From: a virus
Length of the DNA stretch: 33,817 nucleotides
Reading direction: 5' to 3' (one strand)
Virus genome (UHGV): UHGV-2163408
How positions within the stretch are numbered: the first letter of the stretch is position 1; each line of letters starts with the position of its first letter. The position numbers and the translations under genes were made by a program. Below the pieces are notes generated by a model. That model had not been told where the DNA came from. It saw nothing but the letters and a program-made list of their open reading frames with translations, and made no database searches. Of the stretch, positions 28,552 through 33,817 are shown piece after piece.

Positions 28552-28577
28552 GCCCTCCAGTGTGAGGGCCTTTTTAT
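28552..28577 (+). terminator. Rho-independent terminator-like hairpin upstream of cIII
   Basis: GCCCTC-cagtgt-GAGGGC followed by CTTTTTAT. Confidence 0.5.
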
Positions 28578-28638
28578 ATGCATACCAATAACGCTTCACT
28601 CGAGGCGTTTTTCGTTATGTATAAATAAGGAGCACACC

Positions 28639-28779
28639 ATGCAATATGCCATTGCAGGGTGTCCTGTTGCTGGCTGCCCTTCCGAATCTTTACTTGAACG
28701 AATCACACGTAAATTACGTGATGGATGGAAACGCCTTATCGACATACTTAATCAGCCAGGAGTTCCCAAGAATGGATAA
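28639..28779 (+). CDS. cIII: CIII (FtsH inhibitor, protects cII)
   Basis: AAGGAG ribosome-binding site; MQYAIAGCPVAGCPSESLLERITRKLRDGWKRLIDILNQPGVPKNG matches lambda cIII as recalled, slightly shorter. Confidence 0.85.
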   Translation: MQYAIAGCPVAGCPSESLLERITRKLRDGWKRLIDILNQPGVPKNG

Positions 28780-28885
28780 AACACTTATGGCTATCCAGAC
28801 TAAATTCACTATCGCCACTTTTATTGGCGATGAAAAGATGTTTCGTGAAGCCGTAGAAGCCTACAGAAAATGGAGGTCAAAATGA
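28772..28885 (+). CDS. kil: Kil (host cell-division inhibitor)
   Basis: MDKTLMAIQTKFTIATFIGDEKMFREAVEAYRKW... resembles lambda Kil as recalled; start overlaps the cIII stop. Confidence 0.65.
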   Translation: MDKTLMAIQTKFTIATFIGDEKMFREAVEAYRKWRSK

Positions 28886-29070
28886 TTCCGGTAGAACTGG
28901 CGAAAACCCCAGAGTTAAGCCGATTAAAAAGAGAGTATCACATTGCTGAGGCTCGTTACTGGCGTAAAGCGGGAGATAAATCAAAGAAACAACTTTGCTT
29001 ATGGCAGGCACAAAGAGAGCGCATGAATGAGCGCAAATTTCTTTCCGCCCCATCCGAATTACCATTCTGA
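28882..29070 (+). CDS. Hypothetical small basic protein
   Basis: 62 aa from ATG 28882 with GGAGG upstream; not lambda Gam-like. Confidence 0.4.
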   Translation: MIPVELAKTPELSRLKREYHIAEARYWRKAGDKSKKQLCLWQAQRERMNERKFLSAPSELPF

Positions 29071-29078
29071 GGTGAATT

Positions 29079-29759
29079 ATGGGAACTGCGACATTAATAC
29101 TCGGTGAGTCTGGCACCGGAAAATCAACCAGCATGAGAAATATCAATCCAGAGGAAGCAATACTTATAAAACCAATAGGCAAGCCGCTACCATTTAAATC
29201 AAAAGACTGGCTTGCATGGGATGCCAGAGCAAAAAAAGGAACCGTAGTTACCACTGACAAATGGGACGTAATAGTTGCTGTAATTAAGCGTGCTCACGAA
29301 TACGGAAAAAGAATCGTTATTGTTGATGACTTCCAGTATGTGATGAGCAATGAGTTTATGCGCCGCTCAGAAGAAAAATCGTTTGATAAATTTACTGAGA
29401 TAGGCCGCCACGCATGGGAGGTGATTAAGGCTGCACAGGATGCACCTGATGACCTGAGAGTCTATTTTCTTGCGCACACAGAAGAAACCCCTATGGGGCG
29501 CGTGAAAATGAAAACTATCGGCAAAATGCTGGACGAGAAAATCACTGTCGAAGGCATGTTTACTATAGTTCTTCGCACCCTTACCCGTGATGACCAGTTC
29601 TTTTTCACCACGAAAAACAACGGTGCAGACACTGTTAAATCCCCAATGGGAATGTTTGATTCCAATGAGATTGATAACGATCTCTCTTTTGTCGATGCCA
29701 CTGTTTGTGATTACTACGGCATCAATAATGTTCATCAAATTAAGGAAAACGCCGCATGA
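29079..29759 (+). CDS. P-loop ATPase, Sak4-like (RecA-fold recombination ATPase) candidate
   Basis: 226 aa; Walker A GESGTGKST at residues 9-17; hydrophobic strand then DD (IVIVDD) consistent with Walker B; size and position fit Sak4-type proteins. Confidence 0.6.
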   Translation: MGTATLILGESGTGKSTSMRNINPEEAILIKPIGKPLPFKSKDWLAWDARAKKGTVVTTDKWDVIVAVIKRAHEYGKRIVIVDDFQYVMSNEFMRRSEEKSFDKFTEIGRHAWEVIKAAQDAPDDLRVYFLAHTEETPMGRVKMKTIGKMLDEKITVEGMFTIVLRTLTRDDQFFFTTKNNGADTVKSPMGMFDSNEIDNDLSFVDATVCDYYGINNVHQIKENAA

Positions 29760-30343
29760 GCAACGTGATTTTTACTTATAACGAAGAAGCAGCACTGACA
29801 GCAGGGCAAGGTGGTTTTATTAACGAAACTGGCGCTCATATCATTACCATTACTGAAGCAGAACTCAAGCAATCAGAAAAAGGCGCAAAATTTATTGAGT
29901 TTTCTGGCGAATCCGACGACGGACGTAAAATCCAATATCTTAGCGTCTGCGTTCAGAAAAATGACGGAACGGAAAACAAATTTGGCGCAAATGTCGTTCA
30001 CGCCATGATGGGGTGTGCCGGGATTGGGCAGTTAACGCAACATATGATTTCCGTCAGTAAATTTGTTGCACCTGAATTTCATGGAAAGAAAATCGGGTTG
30101 GTGCTCCAGAAAGTATTAACCACAAACAAAAAGACTGGCGCAGACAGCTACCAGATGGAAATACGCATCCCGTTTATTGCACAAACTGGTCAAACCCTTA
30201 AAGAAAAGGCGGAAGGCAAGCAACCAGAAACTATCGCCAACATGGTTGCCAGTCTCAAAGATAAAGACAATCGCTCTAAAAACGTAATCCAGAATCATGC
30301 AGATGATTATGGTTACAGCCAGAACGATTACCCTCCTTTCTGA
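29756..30343 (+). CDS. Hypothetical protein, possible SSB-like partner of the ATPase
   Basis: 195 aa, start overlaps the upstream stop; C-terminus DDYGYSQNDYPPF resembles the acidic DDDIPF-type tail of bacterial SSBs. Confidence 0.4.
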   Translation: MSNVIFTYNEEAALTAGQGGFINETGAHIITITEAELKQSEKGAKFIEFSGESDDGRKIQYLSVCVQKNDGTENKFGANVVHAMMGCAGIGQLTQHMISVSKFVAPEFHGKKIGLVLQKVLTTNKKTGADSYQMEIRIPFIAQTGQTLKEKAEGKQPETIANMVASLKDKDNRSKNVIQNHADDYGYSQNDYPPF

Positions 30344-30366
30344 TTACTGAAAATAAGGCTCCCATT

Positions 30367-30663
30367 ATGCCAGCGCCTCTGTATGGTGCGGATGACCCGC
30401 GCAACTGCTCCGGTAGCTCCAAGGCGGAGGTGCTGGAAAATATCAAAAACAATTTCGACACGTTTATTGCCCTGACACCAGAAACAAAAGCAGAACGGAT
30501 GTACCGACGCGATATACAGCTCGCGTTAAAAGATGAGAGGGACCGAACAAACGAAACAGCAATGCGACCGTTGCGAAAAGCGACAATAGACAAATTCCCT
30601 GAATATATCGACCCGCGCCTGCGTAATTACCGCTCACGCTATGGCGCTATCAGTAATGACTGA
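30367..30663 (+). CDS. Hypothetical protein
   Basis: 98-aa ORF, coding-like composition, same strand as the early-left operon. Confidence 0.4.
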   Translation: MPAPLYGADDPRNCSGSSKAEVLENIKNNFDTFIALTPETKAERMYRRDIQLALKDERDRTNETAMRPLRKATIDKFPEYIDPRLRNYRSRYGAISND

Positions 30664-30739
30664 GGAATTTACCATGAGAGGACTTGCTTAAGAGAAAGAG
30701 TTTCGGTTCTGTTAATGACAACAAATATCTGAATGCGAT

Positions 30740-31276
30740 GTGGCGGAGTGGGAAGAAATGAAACAAATGTCACTAATTGAGATGGATGGTTTTCTGAAAG
30801 GTAAATGCATCCCAAGTGATTTAAAGGTTAACGAAACAAACGCTGAATACCTTGTCCGTAAGTTCGGTGAACTTGAATCAAAACTGGAAACGGCGTTGCG
30901 GGAGTGTAGTTCTGCTGGAATCACGATTGATAACCTTGAGGCTAAATGCGCGAAGATGGCTGCTGAAAATACCTCACTTAAGCAATCTGAGAAGGAATTT
31001 AATGACTTTTGTCGTGAGGAGTTTAGCGAATGGGAAGATGATGTTACTGAAACCCCAGCCACCGATGCTTTTCTGGCTGAAGTGCGGGCGCAGGGGGTGG
31101 ATGCTGCTATAGAAGCTGCAAAAAATCTGGTGGCCCAAGAATATGAGTATAAGGATTTCAAAGCGGCGCAGAGTGATTGCTGTATGCACCCTGGTTCAGA
31201 CCTGGTAGGGAAGGTTGAAATGACTGAGTGGTTAGTTGACTTTGCTGCCCAGCTTCGCAAAGGAGGCAACCAGTGA
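30740..31276 (+). CDS. Hypothetical acidic protein (early-left accessory gene)
   Basis: 178-aa ORF; alternative start at 30758; its stop overlaps the next start. Confidence 0.45.
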   Translation: MAEWEEMKQMSLIEMDGFLKGKCIPSDLKVNETNAEYLVRKFGELESKLETALRECSSAGITIDNLEAKCAKMAAENTSLKQSEKEFNDFCREEFSEWEDDVTETPATDAFLAEVRAQGVDAAIEAAKNLVAQEYEYKDFKAAQSDCCMHPGSDLVGKVEMTEWLVDFAAQLRKGGNQ

Positions 31277-31572
31277 CTGTATGTCTTATTGATAAACGTC
31301 GACGCGGGCAACAAATACCATCTGTTGAAATGCCGAATCACACATGGTTTTGCGTACTTGATATCGATGGTATGGATACGTTGGTTGACACTCGTCATTA
31401 CTGCGATACCGCAACAGCTACTCCGGCGAAAGCAAAGAAAATGGCTGCTCTGATAGAAAACTGGACTCCACCTGATGGTTGGTGCAATGGGAATGATCGA
31501 GATTGGCACGAAAAAATGAAGGGCTATATCTGCGATTTTTTACGTAAATGCAACGGCTTCAGGGTGATGTGA
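31273..31572 (+). CDS. Hypothetical protein
   Basis: 99-aa ORF with GTG start overlapping the upstream stop. Confidence 0.4.
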   Translation: MTVCLIDKRRRGQQIPSVEMPNHTWFCVLDIDGMDTLVDTRHYCDTATATPAKAKKMAALIENWTPPDGWCNGNDRDWHEKMKGYICDFLRKCNGFRVM

Positions 31573-31573
31573 T

Positions 31574-32260
31574 ATGACCAAAATTAACTATCAGGCACTG
31601 CGTGAGGCGGCAGAACGTGCAATTCCGGCAATGGAACGCCTGTTAATGTTGCCAGTTGATGATGATCTGATAAGCGAACAGGAACTTAAAGATTACGGTG
31701 TGGATATTGATGCGCTCAACGCCTTCAAATTTCTGGCCGGACCAGAAACCGTGCTGGCACTACTGGATGAACGGGAAAGAAACCAGCAATACATAAAACG
31801 CCGCGACCAGGAGAACGAGGATATTGCGCTTACGGTTGGGAAGCTGCGCGTTGAGCTGGAAGGCAAAGACAGCAAAATAGCCAATCTTACCGCCGAACGC
31901 GATGCTCTTCGTGAAGGTGAGATGGGCGACGCTAGGCATAGCAACACACGGGCCGCAGCTGATATCTACTTCCAACTGGTCGAGGAGTGCGAAATTCCTG
32001 CTGGCGGATCTCTGGTCGAGTACGTTGACGATATGCGCGAGAAGCTGGAAGCCGCAGAGAAGCGCATTGCAGAGTTAGAAAGTGGTTCTCAGGCACAAAA
32101 GTTAGTTGAAGCAATCATTGTTGCGATAGAAAACGAACAGGAAAGGCTTTTTGATGAAGATTACCTAATGGATTCGAAAGAATGCATTGACGTAATTCGT
32201 GAAGAAGTAAAGCGATGGAATGATTCCCGTGCCGCTGACATTCGCATCAAAGGAGAGTGA
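31574..32260 (+). CDS. Ead/Ea22-like protein
   Basis: 228 aa; N-terminus MTKINYQALREAAERA is typical of ead/Ea22-like proteins of lambdoid prophages (recalled). Confidence 0.55.
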   Translation: MTKINYQALREAAERAIPAMERLLMLPVDDDLISEQELKDYGVDIDALNAFKFLAGPETVLALLDERERNQQYIKRRDQENEDIALTVGKLRVELEGKDSKIANLTAERDALREGEMGDARHSNTRAAADIYFQLVEECEIPAGGSLVEYVDDMREKLEAAEKRIAELESGSQAQKLVEAIIVAIENEQERLFDEDYLMDSKECIDVIREEVKRWNDSRAADIRIKGE

Positions 32261-32261
32261 T

Positions 32262-32411
32262 ATGGCTAAGTACATCGTGACTATCGAAGGATTTAATGAT
32301 TGCAAGGTTGTTGAGTTTGAAGCAGACACGCCAGAGGATGCCGAAGAAATAGGCAGAGACATATTCTATGAAGAATGCAACTACGGCGTATCACCTGCTA
32401 CAGAGGACTAA
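32262..32411 (+). CDS. Small hypothetical acidic protein
   Basis: 49 aa from ATG 32262 with AGGAGAG upstream; the ORF-track start at 32220 lacks a ribosome-binding site. Confidence 0.35.
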   Translation: MAKYIVTIEGFNDCKVVEFEADTPEDAEEIGRDIFYEECNYGVSPATED

Positions 32412-32414
32412 CAC

Positions 32415-33296
32415 ATGACCACCTTTACCAAAGAACAGCTAATTGATCATATTAATGATCTGAAGATTTTCCGTCAGAGAATGTTAGATACCGCAACGAT
32501 TTCTTCTGGATTCCGAGAATATCTTGAAAGAGAGCTTGCCACCGATCAGATTGCCCTAGCTTCGCTGGAAGCCGAACCTGTTCTGTATCAGTCCTGCACT
32601 CGCCCCACCTGGAATAGCGGTGTTCCGTGGACGGAATGGAAAGAACGTAGTCGTGAGGGCTACGAAGACGATTTGCGCTTTACAGACACGCCTGACCATG
32701 CCGGTTGGATATACAAATGTCGAAAATCATATACCACTCCGCCAGCGCCGATAGCGTTAGAGGCCATCGAAAACGCAATTGAATACATCCGCAGTATCGC
32801 TTTTCACATCGATGAAGACGATTACCACGGCAAACATATTGCGTATTTCATGCGACAAGCATTGGCCTGGCTGGAAGGGCATTCATGCAGCGACGACAGG
32901 CTGGGTAAAGCCGAGAATCAACCAGTACGCGGCAACCAGGCTGCCGAATCCAATCGCGGTAATGAGTGGACCGGCAATCCTGATATTGATAACGCCATCA
33001 TCATCCTCGATCGCATAGATACGCTGGAAAGTTGCGATGATGACCGTATTGAGGCGGTTAAGACTGTTTTGCGTAGACTGGCTGGCAACTATCCGGTAAC
33101 TCCGGATGGTTGGATAAGCTGTAGTGAGCGAATGCCCGCTCAAGATGATTGGATTTTAATTTATTCAAAGCACGGCGAGTATATGGCAGGACAGGTACAA
33201 GGGGAATACGTGGAGTTGAGCGACGGCACTTTATCGTGGTTAGGGAACGCCTTGTACTGGATGCCTCTACCAGAACCGCCGCAGGAGGCGAAGTGA
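32415..33296 (+). CDS. Hypothetical protein with DUF551-like C-terminus
   Basis: 293 aa; C-terminal ...WISCSERMP...ALYWMPLPEPP resembles the DUF551 phage domain motif as recalled. Confidence 0.5.
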   Translation: MTTFTKEQLIDHINDLKIFRQRMLDTATISSGFREYLERELATDQIALASLEAEPVLYQSCTRPTWNSGVPWTEWKERSREGYEDDLRFTDTPDHAGWIYKCRKSYTTPPAPIALEAIENAIEYIRSIAFHIDEDDYHGKHIAYFMRQALAWLEGHSCSDDRLGKAENQPVRGNQAAESNRGNEWTGNPDIDNAIIILDRIDTLESCDDDRIEAVKTVLRRLAGNYPVTPDGWISCSERMPAQDDWILIYSKHGEYMAGQVQGEYVELSDGTLSWLGNALYWMPLPEPPQEAK

Positions 33297-33580
33297 TGGA
33301 CTCCTTCGCGAAATATACGATTATTGACTGGATAGCATTCATTCAGGTTTTGCTCATCTGGTTTTATATGGCTTACAGGAGTGGACAGTGGATTGTCAGT
33401 GTAGCCTGTAGCAATGGATGGCGTTGGTGGAACCGAAAGAATAAAAAAGCGCTGGCCTTGGCTTCGTTTTACGAAGCATTCAATCTTAACAGTCTTCAGC
33501 CTGGTTCTGTCGTTGTAGTCACCACTCAAAGCGGCATGACGATACAAATTCACAAGCCAAAGGAGGAAGGTCGTGGCTAA
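33296..33580 (+). CDS. Small hypothetical membrane protein
   Basis: 94 aa; ATG overlaps the upstream stop (TGATG); hydrophobic segment IIDWIAFIQVLLIWFYMAY. Confidence 0.4.
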   Translation: MDSFAKYTIIDWIAFIQVLLIWFYMAYRSGQWIVSVACSNGWRWWNRKNKKALALASFYEAFNLNSLQPGSVVVVTTQSGMTIQIHKPKEEGRG

Positions 33581-33817
33581 CCTGCAACTTGCCGTTAAAG
33601 GTGAATACTTCGATGCCATGATTCGCGGAGAGAAAACGGAAGAGTATCGCCTGTGTAATGACTACTGGAATAAGCGAATTATGTTCCGCGAGTATGACCG
33701 CCTGATTATCACAAAGGGATATCCGAAGCGCGACGATTCCAGCCGCAGAATTGACGTCCCGTATGACGGATATGAAATCAAGACAATCACACATCCGCAC
33801 TTCGGCGATAAACCGGT
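33573..33817 (+). CDS. Hypothetical protein, partial (runs off window end)
   Basis: GTG at 33573 with AGGAGG at 33561-33566; VANLQLAVKGEYFDAMIRGEKTEEYRL...; no stop before the window end. Confidence 0.4.
   Translation, partial: MANLQLAVKGEYFDAMIRGEKTEEYRLCNDYWNKRIMFREYDRLIITKGYPKRDDSSRRIDVPYDGYEIKTITHPHFGDKP

Noticed and set aside
30712-31509. 265-aa minus-strand ORF, Ser-rich
   Set aside because: Antisense to two tandem plus-strand genes in a consistently plus-strand operon; low-complexity Ser/Cys-rich composition typical of a shadow ORF.

Overview
The window is almost entirely one mosaic prophage; integrase and attachment sites are outside it. Left part, minus strand (1-17000): a P22/Sf6-like short-tailed morphogenetic module running, in transcription order, rha, small and large terminase, portal, scaffold, coat, gp4/gp10/gp26 tail hub and needle, gp14, ejection proteins gp7/gp20/gp16, and the tailspike N-terminus truncated at the window start. 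Right part: lambda-type lysis cassette (S, R, Rz/Rz1), Q with pR-prime/tR-prime, nin region (ninB/E/F/H, rusA, ybcO, a Rha-KilAC antirepressor), ren, P and O with ori iterons, cII, cro, OR, cI, OL/PL, an N antiterminator with matching nutL/nutR, then cIII, kil and an early-left accessory/recombination block on the plus strand. A 113-nt run of N interrupts gene P. Identifications rest on recall of lambda and P22/Sf6 proteins and on motifs read in the sequence; no searches were run. Four cargo loci are not explained by core phage functions and are the best candidates for an undescribed system: (1) a divergent gene pair with a four-site palindromic operator array between gp16 and mnt, where P22 carries sieA; (2) an AT-rich gene downstream of cI, where lambda carries rexAB; (3) a three-gene insert between ren and ninB; (4) AT-rich ORFs between N and cIII.
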